Positions 23,608 to 32,000 of a stretch of 32,000 bases of DNA are shown here, piece after piece. The notes under the pieces are model-generated. The model did no database searches. It was not told the origin of the DNA and saw nothing but the letters and a program-made list of their open reading frames with translations. The translations under genes were made by a program, and so were the position numbers. Source of the stretch: Nostoc punctiforme PCC 73102 (GTDB taxonomy: Bacteria > Cyanobacteriota > Cyanobacteriia > Cyanobacteriales > Nostocaceae); contig NC_010628.1 of the NCBI RefSeq assembly GCF_000020025.1, positions 6,120,001-6,152,000 on the forward strand, written 5' to 3'. Numbering within the stretch: the first letter of the stretch is position 1; every line of letters starts with the position of its first letter.

Positions 23608-24891
23608 CTACGGCTTGTCGTTAGACATCGCCTTGTCTACAGCTTCTAAGGCAGTGTTGACTTCCGCCTCTGTGACAATTAGCGGTGGCACAAATCGGAC
23701 TACTTTTGGCCCGGCTGGTACCAGTAATACACCCTCGTTAATGGCAGCATTGACAATATCTGCTGCGGTTAATTGGATATCGGCTCGCAACTCCAAACCG
23801 TTGATTAAACCCCAACCCCGAACTTCGCCAATCTGTTGAGGATATTTCGCTGCGATCGCTCTCAACCCAGATCGCAACTGTTCACCCCTGTCTTGCACAT
23901 TCTGTAAAATATTTTCCCGTTCCAATGTCTGGCAAACACTGAGTGCTACACCACACACAAAAGGATTACCGCCAAAAGTGCTGGCGTGTTCCCCTGGTTG
24001 AAAAACATCGCAGAATTTCTTACTCATCATTGCACCGATGGGGATACCACCACCTAAGCCTTTGGCACTGGTGAAGATATCCGGCTCAACGCCAAGATGT
24101 TCGTAAGCCCATAATTTGCCACTGCGCCCCATACCAACTTGCACTTCATCAAAAATCAATAAAATGCCAGTTTCATCGCAAATCTGCCGCAGCTTTTTGA
24201 AATAGGCAACATCTCCCGGACGCACACCGCCTTCTCCCTGCAATGGCTCAATCAGAATTGCTGCTACCCGGTAATCACCTTCATCCAACTCGCTAATCGC
24301 TACTTCCACAGCGTTAATATCGTTGTAATTTACGTAGTGGAACCCCGGAACTAAAGGATCGAAGTACTTTTGATACTTCGGTTGTGCTGTGGCGGTAATT
24401 GTCGCCAAAGTCCGTCCGTGGAAACTGGCATTGGCGGTTAAAATAATGGGTTTTTCAATGTCTAATACTGTGTGGGCATATTTCCGCGCCAGTTTAATTG
24501 CAGCTTCGTTAGCTTCAGCTCCAGAGTTGCAGAAAAATACGCGATCGGCACAAGAATGTTCAACAAGCCACTTTGCCAATTCACCTTGCTCAGGAATGTA
24601 GTACAAATTAGAGACATGGTGCAGCTTCTGGATTTGGCGTGTTACCGCTTCTACCATAACTGGATGGGCGTGCCCCAAAGTACAAGTGGCAATTCCCGCT
24701 ACAAAGTCCAGATATTCTCGTCCCTGTGTATCCCAAACCCGGCATCCAGCACCCCGTTCTAGGGCTAAAGGAAACCGACCATAGGTAGACATGACAGCTT
24801 CATTAAAGCTATCTGCATCAAAGGGACTAGATGCTACAGACCCTGAATCTGGGGGGATGGTGGCTTGTTCAACGAGAGTTTGTAGGCTCAC
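23608..24891 (-). CDS. argD: Acetylornithine aminotransferase (class III aminotransferase)
   Basis: 427 aa with a GTG start. Matching blocks: TYGRFPLALERGAGCRVWDTQGREYLDF..GIATCTLGHAHP, FFCNSGAEANEAAIKLARKY, LIFDEVQVGMGRSGKLWAYEH and DIFTSAKGLGGG. Confidence 0.85.
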   Translation of the reverse strand: MSLQTLVEQATIPPDSGSVASSPFDADSFNEAVMSTYGRFPLALERGAGCRVWDTQGREYLDFVAGIATCTLGHAHPVMVEAVTRQIQKLHHVSNLYYIPEQGELAKWLVEHSCADRVFFCNSGAEANEAAIKLARKYAHTVLDIEKPIILTANASFHGRTLATITATAQPKYQKYFDPLVPGFHYVNYNDINAVEVAISELDEGDYRVAAILIEPLQGEGGVRPGDVAYFKKLRQICDETGILLIFDEVQVGMGRSGKLWAYEHLGVEPDIFTSAKGLGGGIPIGAMMSKKFCDVFQPGEHASTFGGNPFVCGVALSVCQTLERENILQNVQDRGEQLRSGLRAIAAKYPQQIGEVRGWGLINGLELRADIQLTAADIVNAAINEGVLLVPAGPKVVRFVPPLIVTEAEVNTALEAVDKAMSNDKP

Positions 24892-25143
24892 TACCGCTCC
24901 TCCTGAAAGTTTTTCATTATATAGTTATTTACTAGTTTCCTAGAAATCCCTAAAAAATACTTTTTATTTAGCACAATTCGCACTTCTTCTTAGACTAACG
25001 TTTATATAACCTTGGCGGTGGTGAAAAAACTTTGGGCTTTAATACTTGAGCAAGAGTCTGAGCGACAGCCAATTTGAGTAAATGCAGCCCAACTAGGCAT
25101 CGCAAGCCTTGGGTAGAATCTAGAGATTTTTCTCGCTGATGTT

Positions 25144-25193
25144 CAAGCCTGACTCGTCAAAACCGCAGGTTGACATTTGACGAGTCAGGCTTG
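25144..25193 (-). terminator. Perfect 18-bp stem hairpin downstream of the substrate-binding-protein gene
   Basis: caagcctgactcgtcaaa (25144-25161) is complementary to tttgacgagtcaggcttg (25176-25193), with a 14-nt loop. It lies 28 nt past the stop on the minus strand. There is no U-run, so its terminator role is inferred only. Confidence 0.4.
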
Positions 25194-25220
25194 GACATAT
25201 TATGAAATCTCGGCTGAGAA

Positions 25221-27008
25221 TTATTTCTCTGTGATTTTTAGTTCATCAATATTCCAAAAAGTTGACCCCAAAGCAGAAAACTTGATGGGATTGACACGTT
25301 CGCGCACCGCTTGAAACGAAATTGGATTCACAAGGCAGAATATCGGCAACTGTTCAGCAACGATTTGCTGGAATCTGCCATAAATCGCCTTGCGCTTGCT
25401 CTGGTCTAGTTCTTTAAATCCTGCCCCGAAAAGACTGTCAATTTCTCTCTCCCATTCAGAAACGACCCATCCTTGGAGCGGGGGTTTTCCTGGTAGCGCA
25501 CCTTGGTTAAATTGATGAAATGAGCCTTGACTAGTCCAAAATAAAGATAGAAGATTAGGTTCAACATCTGCACCGGGCACACCGAACGCACCGACATAAC
25601 AATCCCAATCTCGACGAGAGAGTAGCTTTTGCAATATTACGTTAAAACTGACTACCTGCATATCTGCTTTGATACCAATTTGACTGAGGTCTTGTTGGAT
25701 TTGAACTGCGGCATCGATTCTTGATTGATCTTCCGATTTCACCAAGAGATTGAATTGCACCCGATTTCCATCTTGGTCTAACAGTTCTTTTTGGGAGTTG
25801 TACCTAAAACCGGTCTCTAACAACATCTGCCTAGCTCTCTGGGGATTGTAATCATAAACTCTTAACCCTGCTGCTGGAGACAAGTAATAAGGACTTTGAA
25901 CCGCAATTGGCGAATGTTGTATTTCACCTAAACCGCGATAGATATTAGTTTTAATTCGGTTGCGGTCAATGGCATAAGCAACTGCTTGCCTAAAAGCTAA
26001 GTTATTAAACCACCGAGATTTGATTGGGTCGATAAAAGGCTTACTCTTGGCATTACTAGCTTGATTAAGGTTGAAACCCACAAAGCTAAAACCCGCAGTT
26101 GGTCCACCATTGTAAATAATGTATTTTCCTCGCTTTTCATGTTTCTTGAGTAACCCAAATACTGCTGATGTCACATTCAACGTATCTAGTTCACCTGAAC
26201 GAAATCTTACTAACTGATTTTCTGTAGAAGCAATAATTTGCCAGACAATACGTTCAATATAAGGCTGAGGATTTCCTTGAATATCTTTGCGCCAGTAGTA
26301 GGAGTTGCGTCGTAAAATTACCCGTTCAGCAGGAGTATAGCTTTCTATTTTGTAAGGACCATTGCAGACAATTTTTTGTGGATCGGTATTGGTTCCCCAC
26401 ATTGAAAGAAACTGAGGATTACCATTGCTATCATTGGATAATACAGAAGCACGCAAGGCATGAGCAGGCAAAATCGCTAATCTTTCGGCATATCTCAAAA
26501 AAGGGGCAAAAGGTTCCACAAAAGTAAACTCAACTCGCAGATTATCTAGTTTCTGCACTGACGGAAAAGTTTCTTTGTTGCCAATGCGTAAAAAGTCTCT
26601 ATATAAAGTAGGAATTTTTTTATTAAGATAAATATCTCGATAGGTAAAGACTACATCCTCTGCCGTGAGAGGTTCACCATCTGACCATTTCAACCCTGTT
26701 TTTAAAGTAAAAATAATTCGCTTTTGATCGGCAGATATTGACCAAGATTCCGCTAGTCCTGGCTCCAAATTGTTAGTCATAACATTCTCATCGACCAATC
26801 CTTTGTAGATTAATGAAAAAATACTGTATGGAGAGTCATTAATGGCATAGTTAAAAGTAGTCGGATCGCTTAACGAAACTAGAACTAATTGAGCTACTTG
26901 AGATGCTTTGCTTTTCATCTGTGTCGGGTGACAGCTTGTAAGCAAGAAACAACAAGATAAGAGCAAACCAATTACCAAATTCAAAGGTCGAACAATAGCA
27001 GCAATCAT
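25221..27008 (-). CDS. ABC transporter substrate-binding lipoprotein, family 5 (peptide/nickel/oligosaccharide type)
   Basis: 595 aa. The N-terminus LLLSCCFLLTSC looks like a lipobox signal. Length and blocks (LVDENVMTNNLEPGLAESW, LKWSDGEPLTAEDVVFTY, FVGFNLN) are typical of OppA/DppA-type SBPs. No permease or ATPase genes are adjacent. Confidence 0.8.
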   Translation of the reverse strand: MIAAIVRPLNLVIGLLLSCCFLLTSCHPTQMKSKASQVAQLVLVSLSDPTTFNYAINDSPYSIFSLIYKGLVDENVMTNNLEPGLAESWSISADQKRIIFTLKTGLKWSDGEPLTAEDVVFTYRDIYLNKKIPTLYRDFLRIGNKETFPSVQKLDNLRVEFTFVEPFAPFLRYAERLAILPAHALRASVLSNDSNGNPQFLSMWGTNTDPQKIVCNGPYKIESYTPAERVILRRNSYYWRKDIQGNPQPYIERIVWQIIASTENQLVRFRSGELDTLNVTSAVFGLLKKHEKRGKYIIYNGGPTAGFSFVGFNLNQASNAKSKPFIDPIKSRWFNNLAFRQAVAYAIDRNRIKTNIYRGLGEIQHSPIAVQSPYYLSPAAGLRVYDYNPQRARQMLLETGFRYNSQKELLDQDGNRVQFNLLVKSEDQSRIDAAVQIQQDLSQIGIKADMQVVSFNVILQKLLSRRDWDCYVGAFGVPGADVEPNLLSLFWTSQGSFHQFNQGALPGKPPLQGWVVSEWEREIDSLFGAGFKELDQSKRKAIYGRFQQIVAEQLPIFCLVNPISFQAVRERVNPIKFSALGSTFWNIDELKITEK

Positions 27009-27446
27009 CTCTATTTATCTACCTTGCAGCTACTCTTTACACAGTACAGTATGTGATTGAACAGTACTACAACAATGCCAGCAGACGAAGCGTCTCCTAG
27101 GGAAGCTCACCGTTGGCGTAGCCTCTCATAGAGAAGGTATCGCCTACCGTGGGCGCTACGCACCATTTTTTTGGTAATTCACTTGGGCTTGTATCATCAG
27201 AATGGAAGAAGCAATACCAACACTTTCTCCCAAATAGGCTTCTAGGGATTAGAGCTTCATGTAAAGTTAAAGATGAATATTTTTAAGTATTAGGAGTATT
27301 GAGTTTGGATAACTTGTAGTTTAAATGTACTAAAAAAGACTAATGCTATAAAGTTAGTAGAAAACGAGAAAAAGTAGGCTAAAAGTACTATTGTTACGTC
27401 ATTTTCAACACTTGAGCAAAAATATCAACGTATCCAAAAGGAGTTA

Positions 27447-28463
27447 ATGGCTGGGGCGATCGCTCTTGGCGGTGTTTTCCTCATTGGCACTTTGTGGTAC
27501 TCGTTAGTGGAGGGCTGGTCATGGGAAGATGCAGCGTACATGACAGTCATTACTTTAGCTACTGTGGGATACGGGGAGACGCACCCACTGGGTAGCCGAG
27601 GAAGATTGTTTACAATTGCCCTGATTTTGTTGGGTGTAGTCAATATCGGTTACATTGTCAACAGATTTACAGAAGCGATCATTCAAGGCTACTTTCAACA
27701 AGGAATTCGGCTACAACAACAGAGGCGGTTAATGGAATCTCTAACAGAACATTACATCATCTGTGGATTTAGTCGGACTGGTCGTCAAATTGCCAAGGAA
27801 TTTCGAGCAGAAGGCGTACCTTTTGTAGTGATTGATTCAGATATGGAATCTGTGCAAAGGGCGCAGACAGAAGGTTATACAGCATTCCAAGGTGACGCTA
27901 CCCTAGATGACACACTTTTGAAAGTTGGTATTGAAAGGGCAATATGTATTGTTGCAGCCCTTCCCTCCGATGCCGAAAATTTATACATAGTTTTATCAGC
28001 AAAAACACTGAATTCGGGAATTCGGGTGATTGCCCGCGCAAGTACAGAAGAAGCTTTGCAGAAGTTACGACGCGGTGGTGCAGATGAGGTGATATCCCCC
28101 TATATTACCGGTGGGAAGCGCATGGCTGCTGCGGCTCTTAGACCTCAAGTATTGGACTTTGTAGACGGGATTTTGACAGGTGCAGACCGCCAATTGTACA
28201 TGGAAGAATTTTTACTTGACCCGGCTTTTTGTCCCTTCGTGGGTCAGAGTTTGCAAAAGGCGAGATTGCGATCGCAATCCGGGGCATTAGTTCTGGCAAT
28301 TCGCCGCGCTGATGGGGCTCTCATTGGTGGCCCCACTGGCGATACAGTCTTAATGTCAGGCGATCGCCTAATTGGTATGGGTACAGCAGAACAGTTGCGT
28401 AGCCTTAATCAAATTCTCGGCCCCATAAATTCCAAGAAACTGCGGCGACCGAAAAATAGCTGA
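27447..28463 (+). CDS. Two-TM potassium channel with RCK (TrkA-N/TrkA-C) gating domains
   Basis: 338 aa. The selectivity filter TLATVGYGE sits between two TM helices, followed by a Rossmann-like segment (HYIICGFSRTGRQIAKEF) and a TrkA-C-like tail. A strong SD sequence (aaaggag) lies 4 nt upstream of the ATG. Confidence 0.85.
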   Translation: MAGAIALGGVFLIGTLWYSLVEGWSWEDAAYMTVITLATVGYGETHPLGSRGRLFTIALILLGVVNIGYIVNRFTEAIIQGYFQQGIRLQQQRRLMESLTEHYIICGFSRTGRQIAKEFRAEGVPFVVIDSDMESVQRAQTEGYTAFQGDATLDDTLLKVGIERAICIVAALPSDAENLYIVLSAKTLNSGIRVIARASTEEALQKLRRGGADEVISPYITGGKRMAAAALRPQVLDFVDGILTGADRQLYMEEFLLDPAFCPFVGQSLQKARLRSQSGALVLAIRRADGALIGGPTGDTVLMSGDRLIGMGTAEQLRSLNQILGPINSKKLRRPKNS

Positions 28464-28583
28464 TTTTATTACTTTTTTATACTAACTTAAAGTAAATATT
28501 CTATAGTATAATTGCGTATTTAAAAAGTATAATATAATGCAATAAAACGAGATTTAGCGATCGCCACAATATTTACTTTTACT

Positions 28584-29375
28584 TTGGGCTTTTACGCCAC
28601 ACAGACTATTGCTGCTCCTTTGGCAACTCCCACAAGTTTTACAAATTGGTGTAAGCAGAAATCAAATTTACCTCCACAGACAAAACATACTGTTGAGGTT
28701 CTTTTAGAAAAAGCCCAAACTCAAAATTGCAAGCAGGCTAACCAAAAGCTGACTAATTTAACTTCTCTCTCCCTGAACTCAAATAAAATCAGTGATATCA
28801 AGCCTTTGTCTGCTCTGACTAAATTGACTTCTATCGACCTTGGCATAAATGAAATCAGCGATATCAAGCCTTTGTCTGTTCTGACTAAATTGACTTCTAT
28901 CGACCTCGACATAAATGAAATCAGCGATATCAAGCCTTTGTCCGCTCTGACTAATTTGACTGCTCTCTCACTCCGAGAGAATCAAATCAGCGATATCAAG
29001 CCTTTATCCGCTCTGACTAATTTAACTTCTCTCTCTCTCCGCTCAAATCAAGTCAGTAATATTAAGCCTTTGTCCACTCTGACTAATTTGACTTATCTCT
29101 ACCTAAACTCAAATGAAATCAGCGATATCAAGCCTTTGTCTAATCTGACTAATTTGACCATTCTCTCTCTTGAATCAAATGAAATCAGCAATGTCAAGCC
29201 TTTGTCTGCTTTGACTAATTTGACTGAACTCTCCCTTAACTCAAATAAAATCAGCAATATCAAGCCTTTATCATCTCTGAAAAATTTAACTTTTATTAAT
29301 ATTAAAAATAACGCGATCGCACCCAAAATATGTCCTGTAAAACCAGAATCTATTTGCCAATTTGATGAGCTTTAA
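28584..29375 (+). CDS. Leucine-rich-repeat protein (internalin-type 22-residue LRRs)
   Basis: Eight tandem units of LTNLTxLxLxxNxISDIKPLSx plus a capping unit. The N-terminal cap carries Cys residues (FTNWC...QNC) and the C-terminal cap has ICPVKPESIC. The start codon is uncertain; see findings. Confidence 0.8.
   Translation: MGFYATQTIAAPLATPTSFTNWCKQKSNLPPQTKHTVEVLLEKAQTQNCKQANQKLTNLTSLSLNSNKISDIKPLSALTKLTSIDLGINEISDIKPLSVLTKLTSIDLDINEISDIKPLSALTNLTALSLRENQISDIKPLSALTNLTSLSLRSNQVSNIKPLSTLTNLTYLYLNSNEISDIKPLSNLTNLTILSLESNEISNVKPLSALTNLTELSLNSNKISNIKPLSSLKNLTFINIKNNAIAPKICPVKPESICQFDEL
28749..29276 (+). repeat. 8 x 66-bp tandem coding repeats (LRR units)
   Basis: The periodicity is read directly from the sequence. 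Units 2 (28815-28880) and 3 (28881-28946) differ at about 4 of 66 nt. Confidence 0.9.
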
Positions 29376-29417
29376 AGTAGCGATCGCGCGCGAACCTTGA
29401 GTTATTTGTCAAGCAAT

Positions 29418-30194
29418 CTAAAGTTTGATGGCAACGATGCGAATTCTCCGATAGTCTGCTGTCCAATTGCCTTGTTGATACAGTGTCGGCAAAAGATGCT
29501 CTTCCACGGTGCGAATTATTTGTATTTTTTGGTCAGCAGACAGTCCTGCTAGAAAAACATCAGCAAACATTTCAAGCCAGTTCGCCATCCCTGCTTCGCC
29601 TTCTGTTAGGGGAGTAGGACGAGCAAACAAGGTGGCATAAGTAACATCAAAGCCTTGTTGTTCTAATAGGGTAGCGTACTCACCAATACTAGGAAAATAC
29701 CAAGGATTCAGTGCTTGCGGGGAGATAGCGATCGCCTCTAAAGCACTGTACAAAGCTGTGACGATCGCTTGAATATTTCCCTTACCACCAAATTCTGCGA
29801 CAAAACGCCCCCCAGGTTTTAACGCTTGATGTATGGAAGCGATCGCCGCATCTGCTTCTTTAATCCAATGTAAAACAGCGTTGGAAAATACAGCATCCAA
29901 TGGTTTCAATACTTGAAAATCTCTGGCATCAGCAACATCAAAGCGTAGATGGGGATAGTTTTGTCTTGCTGTCTCAATCATCGAGGATGCGCGATCGATT
30001 CCAGTGACTTCAGCCCCGGCTTGAGCAATTTTTTCTGTTAGTTGCCCAGTCCCACAGCCAAGATCCAAAATGGATTCTCCCAACTTGGGATTGAGTACTT
30101 TCAGCAAGTTCTCGCCATATTGCCAGACAAAGGCGTGTTTATCCTCATACAGGTCTGTGTTCCAATTATTGTCGAGTAATGGAAGATTATTCAT
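29418..30194 (-). CDS. Class I SAM-dependent methyltransferase (Tam/trans-aconitate methyltransferase-like)
   Basis: 258 aa. SAM motif I is ILDLGCGTGQLT, followed by VTGIDRASSMI, FSNAVLHW and LKPGGRF. Confidence 0.8.
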   Translation of the reverse strand: MNNLPLLDNNWNTDLYEDKHAFVWQYGENLLKVLNPKLGESILDLGCGTGQLTEKIAQAGAEVTGIDRASSMIETARQNYPHLRFDVADARDFQVLKPLDAVFSNAVLHWIKEADAAIASIHQALKPGGRFVAEFGGKGNIQAIVTALYSALEAIAISPQALNPWYFPSIGEYATLLEQQGFDVTYATLFARPTPLTEGEAGMANWLEMFADVFLAGLSADQKIQIIRTVEEHLLPTLYQQGNWTADYRRIRIVAIKL

Positions 30195-30354
30195 AAACTA
30201 TGAAATTACATTGCAGAGTATTGTTTTGCTAGTCGTCAACCAAGTTCGGTAGGTTGGTGACTGCATAATCATCACAATAAAAAATATTATTAATTATGTC
30301 CAATATATATTTTGACCTTAACTAATATTTAAAAGATATAAGTTCAGGTAACAG

Positions 30355-31233
30355 ATGGAACTACGACACCTGCGCTACTTTGTCACCTTGGCAGAAGAAC
30401 TGCACTTTGGACGGGCAGCAGAAAGATTGCACATTGCCCAACCTCCCTTAAGTCAACAAATTCGCCAGCTAGAGAAGGAATTGGGCTTTGAACTGTTTCA
30501 TCGCACAAAACGAAGCGTGAATTTAACAGAAGCGGGGGTGGTTTTTCTGGATGAAGTCCAACAAATTCTCAGGCAATTGCAGCAGGCAATCCAAGTCGGG
30601 CAACAAACTAGTCGCGGTGAACTCGGAGAATTAGCGATCGGCTTTGTCAGTTCTGCCGCGTATAATATATTGCCAACCATTTTGCGAACCTTTCGGAATT
30701 GTGTCCCTGGTGTGAGTCTAGAGTTGCATGAACTGACTACAGATCAACAGTTAGAGTGGTTACGCACAGGTCGGATAGATGTAGGGTTTGTCCGTCCACC
30801 TGTGGAAGAAAATACATTTAGCTGGGAAATAATTTTTCAAGAGTCACTGATAGTAGCATTACCTGAAGCACATTTGCTAGCAAATCAATCTTATGTTTGT
30901 TTGCGATCGCTTGCTAATGAACCCTTTATTTTATTTCCGAGAATATTAGCGCCTGGACTTTACGACTTAATTATTAGTCTCTGTCAGCAAGCAGGCTTTA
31001 GTCCCTCTGTAAGTCAACAAGCCATTCAGATGCAAACAATTATTAGCCTAGTGGCAGCCGAAATAGGTGTTGCAATTGTGCCGGCATCTTTACAAAATTT
31101 GCAACGAACCGGGGTAGTTTATAAAAATATCGAACCAGTCAGCCCAAAAGTTGCCATTGCAATGATTTGGCGCAGTAGCGAGACATCCCCAACGATACAG
31201 AGGTTTCTGGAGATTGTAAAACACATAACTTGA
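30355..31233 (+). CDS. LysR-family transcriptional regulator
   Basis: 292 aa. MELRHLRYFVTLAEELHFGRAAERLHIAQPPLSQQIRQLEKELG is the canonical LysR HTH. It is divergent from the methyltransferase gene, with a 160-bp spacer. Confidence 0.9.
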   Translation: MELRHLRYFVTLAEELHFGRAAERLHIAQPPLSQQIRQLEKELGFELFHRTKRSVNLTEAGVVFLDEVQQILRQLQQAIQVGQQTSRGELGELAIGFVSSAAYNILPTILRTFRNCVPGVSLELHELTTDQQLEWLRTGRIDVGFVRPPVEENTFSWEIIFQESLIVALPEAHLLANQSYVCLRSLANEPFILFPRILAPGLYDLIISLCQQAGFSPSVSQQAIQMQTIISLVAAEIGVAIVPASLQNLQRTGVVYKNIEPVSPKVAIAMIWRSSETSPTIQRFLEIVKHIT

Positions 31234-31330
31234 TTTATTACTGGCGATTTATTTATTTACCAATCAGTATCCATTGTAAAAATCTGCAAATGGCTGTTAA
31301 ATCTTCTGATTGCGGCTGTAAGTAGAAATA

Positions 31331-31358
31331 ACCAATGACCAATGACTAATGACTAATT
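31331..31358. repeat. STRR2-type heptamer array (ACCAATG x2, ACTAATG, ACTAATT; a phase variant of TGACCAA)
   Basis: Read directly from the sequence. It spans the last codons and the stop (31346-31348) of the minus-strand gene. Confidence 0.8.
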
Positions 31359-31903
31359 TCTTTCCACCCATGCATAGCTGCTATACCTTTAGTAACCCAT
31401 TCGATCAAAATTGGGGGAGCTTCTGATATCAAGATGCTAGGATAAACTGCTGCGCCCCATTCGGGATGCACTAGTACACGGCATTGATTTTTAATCACTG
31501 GATAGTTGAGCAAAGCTTTGACAACTGCTGTGTCATCATGGGGAATTGCTCCAGGATGAGATAGTAAAGGGTAGCCTGTACGAGGGTCGATCAGGTCAGT
31601 TAAATAGCCGCGATCGCGCAGATTAAATGCTAAATCACAGCCAAATCGCATAAACTTTTCTCGTAAGCGTTCTTTCTCGGACTCTACTTCTGTCGTCTTT
31701 TTAACTAATTGATAACGCGATTGCTGCAAGACAATCACTACTCGTAAAAATGACTGCCGTTTCCAATCCGGTAATATCCGTTCGCAGTTGGCACAGATAT
31801 ATTGACTGGGAGCATGAATTGAAATTTGAACCGCTTGTCCTGTTTCGCCAACTAAATTAATGGGACAGGCTTGCTCCGAAGTGTAAACTTTGGGATAGTT
31901 CAC
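31346..31903 (-). CDS. MMADHC-like protein (methylmalonic aciduria/homocystinuria type D family homologue)
   Basis: 185 aa with a GTG start. GYLTDLIDPRTGYPLLS and the overall size resemble the cyanobacterial proteins annotated as the MMADHC family, and the human ...DFIDPSSG... block. The assignment is from memory only. Confidence 0.45.
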   Translation of the reverse strand: MNYPKVYTSEQACPINLVGETGQAVQISIHAPSQYICANCERILPDWKRQSFLRVVIVLQQSRYQLVKKTTEVESEKERLREKFMRFGCDLAFNLRDRGYLTDLIDPRTGYPLLSHPGAIPHDDTAVVKALLNYPVIKNQCRVLVHPEWGAAVYPSILISEAPPILIEWVTKGIAAMHGWKEISH

Positions 31904-32000
31904 TAAATTGATTCGGCTTATACAAGTTTTTTAATTTAATCTACGGTATAGATGATAGCTCTTAAAAGTTCAGAAAAATCATCATTTTCCTCTCTTATGT

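Noticed and set aside
23615-24762. Three plus-strand ORFs (70-96 aa) inside argD
   Set aside because: They are antisense shadow ORFs within a strongly supported aminotransferase gene.
27378-27446. N-terminal extension of the K+ channel ORF (frame open from 27378)
   Set aside because: There is no in-frame ATG, GTG or TTG upstream, and ATG 27447 has a strong aaaggag Shine-Dalgarno sequence. The annotated start is kept.
28721-29326. Two minus-strand ORFs (70 and 75 aa) with repetitive sequence
   Set aside because: They are antisense translations of the LRR repeats. Their periodic sequence mirrors the plus-strand repeat units.
30195-30354. LysR-type T-N11-A operator in the methyltransferase/LysR divergent spacer
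   Set aside because: The spacer is so AT-rich that many T-N11-A matches occur. I could not single out a convincing dyad, so no site is claimed.
1-32000. A multi-gene novel system (defence island, toxin-antitoxin cassette, retron, CRISPR-Cas, secondary-metabolite cluster)
   Set aside because: I found no nuclease/ATPase/helicase/RT/transposase-like ORFs, no cluster of co-oriented unknown genes and no repeat-spacer array. Nearly every ORF over 100 aa has a recognisable housekeeping or signalling family. The sugar cluster at 12.8-18.7 kb is the only candidate for something new, and it is reported as such with caveats.

Overview
The window reads as a chromosomal segment of a filamentous, heterocyst-forming cyanobacterium (Nostoc/Anabaena-like). 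This is an inference from four observations: roughly 30 copies of the HIP1 octamer GCGATCGC (counted by eye, approximate), many 7-nt STRR-type tandem repeats, a HetP-like gene, and a sucrose-synthase homologue. I support about 24 protein-coding genes on both strands:

- a partial RNase II-like gene, rpsR, rpmG and an RDD membrane protein
- a PEP-CTERM-like secreted protein
- moeA and a class V (NifS/MOCOS-like) aminotransferase
- two small unknown ORFs
- a 1298-aa CBS-PAS-histidine kinase-receiver hybrid sensor
- a DUF442 phosphatase-like protein and a HetP-like protein
- a divergent sucrose-synthase paralogue
- a GH65 phosphorylase fused to beta-phosphoglucomutase
- a second PAS histidine kinase and an Rrf2 regulator
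- a pentapeptide-repeat protein, plus DUF2243 and DUF4129 proteins
- argD, a family-5 ABC substrate-binding lipoprotein and an RCK-gated K+ channel
- an internalin-type LRR protein
- a SAM methyltransferase divergent from a LysR regulator, and an MMADHC-like protein

I saw no rRNA, tRNA, CRISPR array, transposase, integrase, phage gene or recognisable defence gene. Intergenic DNA is dense with small repeats: heptamer arrays, a 21-bp tandem array, a roughly 100-bp dispersed hairpin element in at least 3 copies, and a nested-palindrome MITE-like element.

The most interesting region is the sugar cluster at 12.8-18.7 kb. It has three notable features:

- The sucrose-synthase paralogue has non-consensus residues in hallmark NDP-sugar-binding motifs, one of them created by a 9-bp tandem duplication.
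- The adjacent GH65-betaPGM fusion has an interdomain linker built from the same repeat families that fill the neighbouring intergenic DNA.
- The spacer between the two genes is filled with repeats.

I did not find a convincing multi-gene novel system such as a defence island. All family assignments rest on motif recognition from memory, with no database search.
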